Positions 19,764-31,918 of a stretch of DNA of 33,324 nt are shown here, piece by piece. Location of the stretch: assembly GCF_006345805.1 (NCBI RefSeq), contig NW_021832046.1:1-33324 (forward strand), written 5' to 3'. Source of the DNA: Octopus sinensis (lineage: Eukaryota). The position numbers and the translations under genes are program-made. The notes beneath the pieces are model-generated. The model had not been told where the DNA came from and made no database searches. It was given only the letters and a program-made list of their open reading frames with translations. Each line of letters starts with the position of its first letter. The stretch's first letter is position 1.

Positions 19764-22700
19764 CATCATCATCATCATCATCATTTAACGTCCGCTTTCC
19801 ATGCTAGCATTGGTTGGACGGTTCAACTGGGGTCTGGGGAGCCCGAAGGCTGCACCAGGCCAGTCAGATCTGGCAGTGTTTCTACAGCTGGATGCCCTTC
19901 CTAACGCCAACCACTCCGAGATGTAGTGGGTGATTTTATGTGCCACCGACACAGGTGCCAGACGAGGCTGGCGAACGGCCACGCTTGGATGGTGTTTTTT
20001 ATGTGCACCGACACAGGTGCCAGATGAGGCTGGCGAACGACCACGCTCGATGGTGTTTTTATGTGCCACCGACACAGGTGCCAGATGAGGCTGGCGAACG
20101 GCCACGCTCGGATGGTGTTTTTATGTGCCACCGACACAGGTGCCAGACAAGGCTAGCAGACGACCACGCTCGGATGGTGTTTTTTATGTGCCACCGACAC
20201 AGGAGCCAGATGAGGCTGGCGATCGGCCACGATCGGATGGTGATTGTTACGTGCCCACAGCATGGAGGCCAGTCGGTGCGCACTGGTTACGGCCACGTTC
20301 GGATGGTTTTCCTCGTGTGCCACCGGCACTGGTACCACAAAGATACAAATTCCATTGATGTTCATCTAGTTTTATTTTGCTTGATTTTTTGATTTTTGAT
20401 TTGATTTGATTCGATTTTCACTTGCCTCAACAGGTCTTCACAAGTGTCACAAGAAGGAAGGTATGCACAGGGGACTGACTACGTCCCAGGTAGGGGCCAC
20501 GGGTTATGGCCTGACTAGTCTTGCCGGATCTTCTCACGCACAGCATACTTCCATAGGTCTCGGTCTCTGGTCATTTCCTTGGTGAACCTAAAGTTCGAAG
20601 GTCGTGCTTCACCACTTCGTCCCAGGTTTTCCTGGGTCTACCTCTTCCACAGGTTCCCTCAACTGCTAGGGTGTAGCACTTTTGCACACAACTATCTTCA
20701 GCCATTCTCGTCATATGACCATACCAGCGCAGCCGTCTCTCTTGCACACCACAACTGACGCTTCTTAGGTTCAACTTTTCTCTCAAGTACTTACACTCTG
20801 ACGATTATGAACACTGACATTACACATCCATCGGAGCATACTGGCTTCATTTCTTGCGAGCTTATGCATATCCTCAGCAGTCACGGCCCATGTTTCACTA
20901 CCATGTAGCATGGCTGTACGTACCCATGCATTACAGTCTACCTTTTACTCTGAGCGAGAGGCCTTTTGTCACCAGCAGGGGTAAGAGCTCTCTAAACTTT
21001 GCCCAGGCTATTCTTACTCTAGCAGTTACACTTTCAGCACACCCCCCCCACTACTAACTTGGTCTCCTAGGTAGCGGAAGCTATCAACTACTTCTAGTTT
21101 GTCTCCCTGGAACGTGGTAGAAGTTGGTCTCTGCACGTTTCCAGAGTTTATTTCTCCTGAGCATCTGCCACATACGAAAACTATCTTCCAGTTATTACCG
21201 ACCTTTGACATTGCTGCACCTCTTATGTGTCCATAGCTTACACTTGGTGCACCTTATAGATTTCTACCTACACCTTTTTTACAGATCGAGCAGGCCATCT
21301 ACCTGAAGTCGTTTTTGGTTGGTCCACCTTCCTACTTATTAGGACTTTGGTTTTGGCTAGGTTGATTCTAAGGCCCTTCGATTCTAATCCTTGTTTCCAC
21401 ACCTGAAACTTCTCCTCCAGTTCTGATAGTGACTCAGCAATTAGAGCAAGGTCATCAGCATAGAGGAACTCCAGGGGCATCCTGTCTTGAATTCTTCCGT
21501 TATTGCCTGGAGGACTATGATAAATAAGAGGGGGCTGAGGACTGAACCTTGGTGGACCCCAACCTCTACCCGGAATTCTTCACTGTACTCGTGCCTACCC
21601 TCACCTTACTAGCAGCGTCTCTGTACATGGCTCGCACAGCTCTCACTAACCATTCATCTATCCCTAGTTTTCTCATTGACCACCAGATAAGGGATCGGGG
21701 GACCCTGTCAAAGGCTTTCTCCATGTCAACAAAAGCCAGGTACAAGGGCTTACTTTGGCTAGGTATTTCTCCTGCAGCTGTCTTACCAGGAATATAGCAC
21801 AGTAGTACTTTTCCCTGGCACGAACCCAAACTGCATATCATCTAAGCGAACTCTCTCTCTAATTAATGGGCTATAACCCTCTCCGTACCTTCATTACCTG
21901 ATCCACCGCTTGATGCCCTGTAGTTATTTGTATCTAGGGCGTCACCTTTACCTTTGTAGCAGTTGACTATTATGCTGCTACACCAGTCATTGGTATGACT
22001 CCTTCGTGTATCACCTGGTTACTATACGGTGACTATGCTATAGCCGACACTACCAGATATTTTGAGCGTCTCTGCAGTAATTCCTGATGGGCCTGGGGCT
22101 TTCCCTGTCTTCATGCTTCTAATTGCCTTAGCTACCACGGAATATCAACTCGGATAGCTGCGTCCCTCTGTTGGGTCAACATTCGGCAGACTCTCTTTAT
22201 CCCATTCATTTTCCTCATTCAGCAACAACCTTCATAGTGGTGTCTCCAAGCCTCTCTCTTTGCGTCCTCATTTAGTGCAAGTGAACCGTCATCCTTGCGT
22301 ACACATTTCTCTCCTACCACATCACGATTCTCTCTCACACACTGTCTTGCAACACGAAATACCTCAAGTCTTTCATCCTCACGGCGCAGGACATTGGCAT
22401 ATTTCTCTTTCTCTGCTTCCCCTCTGGCTAGATAGACCTGTCTCCTAGCTTCCCTTCTGGCAGTCTGATACACTTCCTCCCTGCTACCCCCGTTCTTCCA
22501 AGCCTGTTTCTTTTGTCTAATAGCCCTAGTCAACAATATTGTTCCACCACCACGTTATTTTGGGTCTTAAAGGACTTTGCACCAGCCACAGATCTGGTCA
22601 TGGATTTCAGCAGGTTGTCCTTCAGAGCATCCAGTTGTCTTCTACCCCATGCATAGCTATACCCTCTTCCATTCGTCAAAGGCTTCAAGTAACATGTCTC

Positions 22701-23605
22701 TAAATCTCTGTCCATTCGCAGGGTCTTTAAGCTTCCAGACCCTTCTTCTCCATGTTGGTCGTCTTCTAGTCGCCCTCTTATTCCTGATCCTAAAGTCACT
22801 AACTACCAGTCTATGTTGTGGGGTGCATTCTTCGCCTGGGAAGTTTTGGCATTTATAAGCAGCCATCTTTCCCTTTTTCTGGCAAGGATGTAGTCGATTT
22901 GGCTAGTATGCCGGCCCGATCGGTAGGTGACCAGGTGGTTTGTTGTTTCCTGAAGTTAGTGTTGCAGACCATAAGACTATTCATCGCAGAACTCCAGCAG
23001 CCTGGTTCCCTCCTCGTTGCGGGAACCATAACCATAGCCTCCATGTACGCCATGGAAGCCCCCAGCATGTCGTCCAACATGCCCATTGAAATCACCAGCC
23101 ACAAATGGTTCGTCAATGAGGTGGTCTGCAGTAGGGTGTCATAGAAACTGTCTTTCTGTCCATTGGGTAGCCCTGGCTGAGGGGCATAGGCCGATATAAT
23201 GGTTGCTAATCTATTATGAAGCACTATTCTAATCTTAAGTATTCTGTCACTTACTCTGATTACCTCAATTACTCTATCTACCCATTTCTCAGCAATAAGT
23301 ATACCCACGCCACCAACCCCGTCAGTGTTCCCTGCCCAGAAAATCTTGTACCTGTGTTCCTTGCCTGTGAGGAACCTAGCAGATCCTCCTCTCCACCTTA
23401 TTTCTTGCATGCAACATACATCAACACGTCTCCGTTCAAGCATCTCAACTATCTCGCCAGACCTACCTTTCAGTGGGCCAACGTTGAGGGTGCCCACCCT
23501 GAGGGTGTGGAAGGTATGGGCCCGAGAGGCCCAGGGACGGGGAGCAGTGGCGTCATGTACCTGAAAAGAAGAAGAAAGCTCGCATTTGGCAGAATTCATA
23601 AGCAA
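19764..23605 (-). mobile_element. near full-length RTE-clade LINE (APE + RT), frameshifted
   Basis: APE: GTLNVG...VDVCCMQEIRW...ISAYAPQ. RT: LAFVDMEKAFDRVP, FLYADDL, FRYLGD. C-terminus: RRLRWYGHMTRM...GRGRPRKTW. Long 3' UTR ending in (GAT)n. Confidence 0.95.
19938..20330. repeat. ~62-bp tandem array (5 units plus 1 degenerate) in the RTE 3' UTR
   Basis: Unit GTGCCACCGACACAGGTGCCAGATGAGGCTGGCGAACGGCCACGCTCGGATGGTGTTTTTAT. Confidence 0.9.
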
Positions 23606-24194
23606 AGCAATGAACTTAAGTTCAACCTGTTACACTACACTATCATGTTTTTGCGCCGTATGGTCACCACCATATATAGAAGGGGTGGTATTGGCTTAAG
23701 CCTTTAGGTGTTCACGGAAGAAAAGCAAAGGAAGACAAGGTGAGATAAGGACTTCTGGTACAGGTGGTGGGGGTGGGAGGGCGGGCGCACCGCGCACTGG
23801 GAGTAAGATGAGATTTAGGCGGCAGAAAGAAAGACAAGATTTGAGATGGAATGCTTTGCGGTCGTGTGCATAAGTTTCTATGAGTGGAAGTTGGGAAGGA
23901 TGGGTCAGAGAATTAAGCGACAGAAAGACCAGATTTGAGACGAGATGTTTTTGGCGGTCGTGTGAATAAGTTTTTGTGAGTGAAAGTTTATATGCTTCAG
24001 CTAGCATTTGAGACGAAAGACAACGATAACGCTAATATATGGGGAAACAATAATAATAATAAGGCTTGATGGTGATAATAATGCTTGCAAAAACAATGAA
24101 AAGAGGAACAGGTCAGGAACTTAAATATGACTTAGCTGATATTTTTCATCCTGCGGTTCGTGATTCGTGTGTTACAGCCATATATATATATGAA

Positions 24195-24524
24195 GGCACA
24201 TGGCTCAGTGGTTAGAGCATCGATCTTACGATCGTGAGGTTGTGAGTTCGAATCCTGACTGGGCTGCGTGTTGTGTTCTTGAGCAAAACACTTTATTTCA
24301 TGTGGCTCCAGTTCACTCAGCTGTAGAACTGAGTTGCGACATCACTGCTACCAAGCTGTATTGTGTTTTGCCTTTCCCTTGGATAACATCGGTGGTGTGG
24401 GGAGGGGACGCTGGTATGCATGGGCGACTGCTGGTCTTCCATAAACAACCTTGCCCAGACTTGTGCCTTGGAGAGTAACTTTCTAGGTGCAATCCCATGA
24501 TTATTCATGACCGAAGTGAGTCTT

Positions 24525-24563
<39 letters not shown>

Positions 24564-25023
24564 CACCCACAGATAGATATATATACATACATACATGCAT
24601 TCATACATACACACACACATATATCATCATCATCATCATTTAATGTCCACCTTCCATGTAGGTATGGACTGGATGGTTTGACAGGAGCTGGCCAGTTAGA
24701 AGACTGCACCAGGCTACTGAGTCTGTTTTGGCAAGGTTTTTACAGCTGGATGCCCTTCCTAACACCAACCACCCCACAGAAAAGACTGAGTGCTTTATAC
24801 ATGGCACCTGCACAGGCAAGGGCAGGCAGGCAGACAAACAGATAGGTATGTATGTATATATCTATATGTGAGTGTCCTTACATTTGTGTTTGTCTCCCAC
24901 CACCACTTGAAACCAGTGCTGGTTGGTTTATATCCCTGTAACTTAGCGGTTCAGCAAACAAGACCAACAGAATAAGTACCAGGCTTTAAAAAATGTACTG
25001 GAGTTCATTCATTTGACTAAAAC
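24195..25023 (+). mobile_element. tRNA-derived SINE (head and body 24195-24525, tail ~24870-25023) with an RTE 3'-tail insert (24622-24806, -) in its internal microsatellite
   Basis: A box TGGCTCAGTGG and B box GAGTTCGAATCC. The tail is homologous to 32218-32417; the insert is homologous to 19764-19920. Confidence 0.75.
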
Positions 25024-25059
25024 TCATAGAGGCAGCAGCGATGACAATGACAATGTTCG

Positions 25060-25340
25060 TAGTGGTGTGGTGGTGTTGATAGTAGTGATGGTGGTGGTGG
25101 TGGTAGTGGTGTTAGCGGTGGTGTTGATAGTTGTGGCGTTGGTAGTGGTGATGGTCATGTTGGTAGTGGTGGTGTTGGTAGTGATGGTGGTGGTATTGGC
25201 AGTGGTGATGGTGATGGTGGTAGTGGTGTGGGTAGTGTTTGGTGTTGGTAGTGGTGGTGTTGGCAGTGGTGATGGTGGTAGTGGTGGTGTTGGTAGTGGT
25301 GTTGGTAGTGGTGGTGTTGGTAGGGTGATGATGATGATGA
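25060..25340. repeat. (GGT/AGT/GAT)n compound microsatellite
   Basis: Directly visible; explains the poly-V/G and poly-T ORFs. Confidence 0.9.
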
Positions 25341-25612
25341 AAATATATTCAATTGAAACAGTGATGGCGGTCTCTAAGTATTTTCCTATTTCTTTCAATC
25401 CCCAAGATCCTTTCCTCAACATTTACACCTTACCTTTCGTTCTGATTCCATGGCTTTGTTTTTGAGCTTCTCTCAGATGACTTTCCATCTTGTATTTTGG
25501 CAGTGTAATCTTTCAAAACCTGCATTTATATATATATATATATATAATATATATATACATACATATATTACACATATATATACATATACATACATACATA
25601 CATATATATATA

Positions 25613-25652
<40 letters not shown>

Positions 25653-25835
25653 TTTGTCGTATCACTTTTCCACCTATTAGAGTTGCTTCCGTTTATATAA
25701 CAGTTTTTCGTAGCCCCTGTTGCCTTTAATAGCGGACGAGAATGTATCGTAGCTCTTCGCTCCGGCATTCGAAATTCCGAGTACTATAATGGCAACCTTT
25801 TACTCTTTGTTTCCAATTCATAACACGCACACACG

Positions 25836-25916
<81 letters not shown>

Positions 25917-26188
25917 TATATATATATATATATATACATAATATATGTATCTGAACGTGGTATGAACTGTAGCTGCACGACATCGTGAAGTATATTTGTC
26001 ACTAAATGTGGCTAACGCCTAAGGGTGGATGCTATTGTAGCATGTAGCCCCAGGAGGACCCTCATCCAGCCCGCTATTGACACACTTTCTGTGCCCTATC
26101 AGTATTTGCAAAGAAAGCCGTCCTTCCCATCTGCAACCTGTATGATACACACGGCTTCGAGTTTTTGGGTATTGACCCGTCATCAGCA

Positions 26189-26379
26189 TGAGACAATCAC
26201 CGGTTGTCGATGCAAAGTAGGTTCCCTTTGCAAATATATATGCTTTTTCCAGTGACGTAAACTCACTGACATCGAAAAAGCAATAATAAATCTGTAAAAA
26301 GGATATATACTTGCAGAGAGAACCTATATTCATTGACAACCGGTGATTGTCCCCGGTGATTGTCACCATGATTGTCTCA
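26189..26379. repeat. small foldback (MITE-like) element with ~60-bp inverted arms
   Basis: 26192-26252 pairs with 26292-26351 (GACAATCACCGGTTGTC... / ...GACAACCGGTGATTGTC). The right end is locally triplicated (GTGATTGTC). Confidence 0.7.
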
Positions 26380-26849
26380 AAATAAGCAACAGGATATCCA
26401 GAGGTAGCAGTACGAGCGTTTCATGCAACTCCATTAATTGAACAATGCAATCATTACATCAATTTAAATGCAGAGCTATCCTCAGCTGCACAAAGAATGT
26501 AATTAATTAAACAGATGGACACATTAGTATAATTTCCTAAAATCTCCAAGAAGTTAAGGAGATAGACAAAGCTAGATCTCTAACAAGTCTTTCTTTCTGA
26601 TACCTTAGTATCTTCTAAGCTGAAGTGAAGACAGCATGTTCTTTGTCTATCTCGATAACTTCTTTGATATTTTAGATAAAATTATACTAATGTGTCCATC
26701 TGTTTTAATTTAATTAAATTCTATGTCTTTATGCAGCTGAGGATTGCTCTGCATTTAAATTGATGTAAAGATTGCATTCTTCAATTAAATGGAGTTGCGT
26801 GAAACGATGGTGCTGCATTACCTCTAGATATCCTTGTTGCTTATTTTGA
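26377..26849. repeat. inverted pair of the 212-bp hammerhead-family unit
   Basis: Arms 26377-26571 (-) and 26641-26849 (+) with a 69-bp spacer; hammerhead motifs at 26407-26490 (-) and 26732-26817 (+). Confidence 0.85.
26407..26490 (-). ncRNA. type I hammerhead-like motif with extended stem II
   Basis: UGCAG CUGAGGA UAGCUC...GAGUUGCAU GAAA CGCUCG UA CUGC. The GUA triplet is intact; the plus-strand partner has GUG, which should be inactive. Confidence 0.6.
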
Positions 26850-26984
26850 TTTTAATCACTTTATTTTGAAACTGTTTGGATAATACCATACTAAATTCTT
26901 GTGCCTCAACTTAAGTACCTAATTCATCTGAATCTAAATTTTTTCTACACACAAACACACACCCACACACACACACAACACACA

Positions 26985-27032
<48 letters not shown>

Positions 27033-27425
27033 ATAGATATATAATATATAATAAATCACAGAATAATTTTAAGAAAATATATTTTAACAAATATATTTAA
27101 GATATTCCGCGTTTACAAGATTATGTACATATATTTATTTATTTAATTATTTTATTTTTTTATCTTGGACCTGGAAATTGGCTATATTTAAATCAAATTA
27201 ATTTTACTGTTATCAGTTTTTTTAAATATCGCCATGAAACACGTGTAGTCATTTTATCAATTACATACTTTTTATTTATTATTTTGTACATTACTTAATC
27301 ATTGGTATATGTCTTTATCTTATATTTAATTTTTTTCTATATGGTATAATTTTATTATTTCATTGTTGAATTGATAATAGACGTTTTTTTTCTGATTTAT
27401 ATACATATACATACACACATGCATA

Positions 27426-29860
27426 CATATGTTTCGAAGACAACATTGGTTTTATTCCAAAGGAATAAACGGTGTAAAATGCAATCTTCTCATCAGGAGA
27501 ACTGTTTGGAACTGCTCGAAAAGGAGATCCATAAAATTACAAGATCACAGGTACGAATACTCTCAGGCACGCTAACCTAGAAGCTAAAGGAATTATGAAA
27601 TCGTGTGGATTACAGATGAAGACAGAACTGTTGAATCCCAGGCAACCTCGGTTTATTTTAAAAGACCACAAACAGAACTTTTATACTAACCCATCATTAC
27701 GGCTTATATGTCCTTCCAGCTCCGACATCGGTACTCTTAGTAAATACATCTTAGATAAGTATATCCCTACATTAATCAATAAATTAAAACTTAGCTTATG
27801 GTCGAATTCTTTTCCAGTTGTAGATTGCTTTACTTCTATTACTAATAAAGTTAACACTAAATTTATTCAGTTTGATATATCTAGCTTCTATTCATCAATC
27901 ACCCTATTATACTCAATAAGGCACTCTGCCATGCACACAGTAAAGCAGGTCTCTCTAGAGAGGAAATTAATGTGGTACTGGCTGCTAGGAAATCAATCAT
28001 TAAGTTCGATAAGAAGTTGTGGATCCGGAAGGATACTCCCAATGCGTTCGATGTCCTATGGGAAGTTCAGATTCCGCTCAAATTTCTGATTTGGTCGGAA
28101 TATATATACTTTATGAAATGACCGACCAGTTCCCAGACAGCCGTGGTGGTCTATATCGTGATGATTGTCTGCTTTACCCCCAAAACATTTCAAATAAAAA
28201 ATACAGAAGGTTTAAGAATAGATTAGGTTTTTTCGTAGAATGGGCTTTCACATCGTTTTGACGATGAGTTAACTAAAGCTAACTTCTTAGATATTACTCT
28301 TAATTTACAAAATAACTCGTACTTCCTATACCAAAACCTTCCACGAATCTCAAGTATATTAGTCCTTCCAGTAATCACGCTAGGGCAATTACTAAGAATT
28401 TAGTTAAAAACATTTCAGTTATCCGCCAATGTTGACATTTTTAACGACAAGGCAGAATTTTATAACTCTGCCTTGGTTAAAGCTGGGTATAAAGAAAAAG
28501 TTACATACATTGATTCTGCTCAATCTCGTCCTTCATCTACTGTTCAAGACATAAAATCTAGTTGTAATAATACGAGTGATTTTAATTCTAATATTGTAAA
28601 CAACACAAAACATAATATTCCTTTACGGGTAAGGGAGGCAAGCATTATTTAAGCCCATTTTTCACTCTAGATTATTTCACCGTCCTTTAAGATAATACCA
28701 CTTACAATTTGAAGTTACTCGGAAAACTATCTGGTTGTAATTCCGTTTTGGAAACAAATTAAATCTAATCTTCCTTACAATTCCGTGAAGTGGTTGGTAA
28801 AAACTTTCCAAAAAATTCTAGATATTATTCGATTATTACTCTCATATAGTTAGAGTTACCTTCTCCAACACAAAATCTTTCACAAATTATATCTTCTCAT
28901 AATACCAGTCTGCTAATAAAGTTCATTTTCTGGGAGTTCCAATATTAATTTTGGTTATTCAGCCCCTCACATAATAATATAATAATAATATAATAATAAT
29001 AATAATAATATAATAATAGCAATAAAACATGGTTTTGGTCTCTGAGGACAACCCCACCAATTAAATTTATGTCTAATAATTCTAAGATCAAGAATTCTAT
29101 ATACCAGTGTAAATTTCTTGCGGTACCGGTCTACTTCTACATTGGAGCATCCTCTTCCCAGTTATCTAAGAGAATTTTCCTATCATCATCATCATTTAGA
29201 GATAGCAGTAAACGTCATAGCACATGCTAAGTAAATTGGTTTTGGCATCTTAAAGACAACAATAAAGATTTTAAGTTAGATTGGTTCATCCTATCCATAT
29301 CTTTTCCTTACGATAAGGGCAAGGATTTGTAACATTTGCAACTCTAACTCTTCCATATTCTCTTCTCTAAAATTAACCTTGTTAATACACTTATAAGATC
29401 GATCTTACAAATGTAAGCACTGGCAGAAACAACCTTTTAGCTCATATAAGTGATTTTACCAGTCTTTATAGTTTGAACAGTTAGTTTAACTTGCACTTTA
29501 CTTTACTTCATAGAGAAATCTACTTCTAAGCCTTTGAACATTTTTTCAACTAACGTATCCCTCTTTATTTGTTTCACTACTTATTTTTCTTTACCCTAAC
29601 CCTTCTCTTTCTAGTATCTGCCTTTGACGTCGGATCTACTAGCGTTTTTTTTAAATACTTAATAACGTTCTGGTTATCATTTATGCAGTCATCGTAATTG
29701 TTATAATGTCTTGTTGTTGAGATAGGCTCTCTTTCTTTCCTGATGAGAAGATTGCGTTTACACACGTTATTCCTTTGGAATAAAAACCAATGTTGTCTTC
29801 GAACACATGTCGAAATAAAGAATTTGAATAGCATCTGCGTTCAACTCCATTTATTTTACT
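27426..29860 (+). mobile_element. decayed 5'-truncated Penelope-like element (YRDD-type RT + GIY-YIG) with an inverted terminal repeat copy at its 5' end
   Basis: LKDHKQNF..NP..RLI, FIQFDISSFY, PMGSSDSAQISDLVG, GLYRDD, ANFLDITLNL, SNH; EN remnant YIGAS...WHLKD...LDW...CNIC. 27426-27497 is the reverse complement of 29739-29810. Confidence 0.88.
29736..29815 (+). ncRNA. type I hammerhead-like motif, family X variant
   Basis: UUUC CUGAUGA GAAGAU ... GUCUUC GAA(-) CACAUG UC GAAA. One A of GAAA is missing here but present in the inverted copy at 27426-27497. Confidence 0.6.
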
Positions 29861-30571
29861 TATACTACACAAATTACTGCACATAACCCGGAGTTTCTAC
29901 CTTTGAATAGGTCGCTTCATCCGTGTTACTTGCGTGAATTTTGATACCATGGTAGCTGTTTATTGAATTTTCCATGTTAACATAAACAAAGGATAATTCA
30001 TTCATTCATTTAAATATATATTATATTATAATAATATATATATATATATAAGCATCCAGAAAAATACAATATTACGCGCATGTGTAGTCATGTGCACACG
30101 TGATCACATAATGGTATGGTAGGTGGACACTTAACGATGATGATTGAATAATTTCTTTCGGCAGTGGTTTCAACTTCTTCATGATTGATATCGTGTTGAG
30201 TTCAATGGCAGTCCCGGGTCCTGATAATAAAAGACAAAAATATACACGGCTATATATTTGTTTCACTAAAAATGTAGTTAGTTAATAATATTAGAGCGGA
30301 GGCAACATCAAAATTGGGTCTTGACCTTTTGACCGCCATATTTAGAAAACAATTTTTTATAACTAAAGACTTTCAAACTTCGTATACTTGTAGAATGTGT
30401 CATATAAAACATCTTTTATTCTTGGCGTTGTTGAGAAAATTCTGTATTTTGCAAGTTATTTCTTGCTAAAGTTCTCGTATTTCGGTAATTTCAACCATCA
30501 ATGACGTGTATTCAGCTGATAAATTACTGCAGTTGTTTTCACACTTCCCACGATGTATATACATATACACA

Positions 30572-30604
<33 letters not shown>

Positions 30605-30624
30605 ACACACACACATAATATATA

Positions 30625-31508
30625 TACGACGGCTTTATTCCGTTTCCGTCTATCAAATCCACTCACAAGGCTTTGGTCGGCCCGAGGCTATAGTAGAAGA
30701 TACTTGCCCAGGTGCCACGCAGTGGGACTGAACCCGAACCATGTGGTTGGTAAGCAAGCTACTTACCACACAGCCACTCCTATGTATATTATATGTATAT
30801 ATATATATATAGTATATATATAATAATATATAATATATATATATCTGTATGTATGTATGTATATCTATATATATAATATGTTATATATATGCACATATAT
30901 ATACGACGGGCTTCTTTCAGTTTCCCGTCTACCTTTCCACTCACAAGGCTTTGGTCGACCCGGGGCTATAGCAGAAGACACTTACCCAAGGTGCAGCGCA
31001 GTGGGACTGAACCCAGAACCATGTAGTTGATAAGCAAGCTACTTACCACACAGCCACTCCAAGTTTTTTTTTTGTGTTGTTTTTAAACTAGGATGGTTCA
31101 CTCTGTGTAGTTCGAAAATTGTAAAATAATAAATTAAAGTTTCGTTTTTGGCTTTACTTCATTTCTGACACGTGTTCGTATGGGTGAATATGTGTCCTGC
31201 AAATTTCACGTAGGTGTGTAAGTTACAGGGACTAAACATACCAGCATCGGCTGTCAAGCGATGTTGGGGGGAGGGGGGACAAACATAGACATACAAACAT
31301 ACACACTACATTATATTATATATATATATAATATATTCATATTACGACGGGCTTCTTTCAGTTTCCGTCTATCAAATCCACTCACGCGGGTTTGGACGGC
31401 TCGGGGCTATAGTAGAAACACTTTCCCAAGGTGACACGCAGTGGAACTGAACCCAGAACCATGCTGTTGGTTATGAAGTAGTTACTTACCACACAGCCAC
31501 TCCTGCGC
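30625..31508 (-). mobile_element. three tRNA-derived SINE heads in the same orientation (30625-30780, 30902-31060, 31343-31508), with a partial tail at 31227-31290
   Basis: Each is the reverse complement of GGAGTGGCTGTGTGGTAAGTAGC...GGTTCAGTCCC...GCCCGTCGTA (A and B boxes). Confidence 0.9.
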
Positions 31509-31663
31509 GCATAAAACTCACGCGTGCATGCGCAAAACATGTATGTATTTAAAAGGCTGAATATATATAAAATAAAATGGGTTTTTTTAAAACAAACTAA
31601 ATAATTTTTTAACAATATAAATATTTTTTTTAAACGAAAGTAAATAAATTATTTTTTATAATA

Positions 31664-31872
31664 GGCGTAAGAGTGGCTCTGTGGTAAGTAGCTTGCTTAC
31701 CAACCACATGGTGCTCGATCAGTCCCACTCTGGGGCACTTGGGCAAGGGTCTTCTACTATAGCCAGGGCCGACCAAAGCCTTGTGAGTGTATTTGGTTGA
31801 CGGAAACTGAAAGAGCCCGCCGTATATATGTTAATATGTATATATATATTATATATATATATTATATATATA

Positions 31873-31918
<46 letters not shown>

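Noticed and set aside
19938-20330. Regular ~62-bp array resembling a CRISPR, and its CAGATGAGGCTGGCGAAC resembling a hammerhead core
   Set aside because: Units are near-identical with no unique spacers, no cas genes, and a eukaryotic RTE UTR context. The core reads CAGAUGA/GAAC and stems I and III cannot be formed.
23561-23580. Polypyrimidine tract plus CAG on the minus strand, suggesting an intron in the RTE 5' region
   Set aside because: The frame is open through it to an upstream in-frame ATG (MNSAKC...), and no convincing donor was found.
24195-24270. tRNA-like sequence with A and B boxes
   Set aside because: It continues into a SINE body and lacks a full cloverleaf or acceptor stem; the same applies to the other SINE heads.
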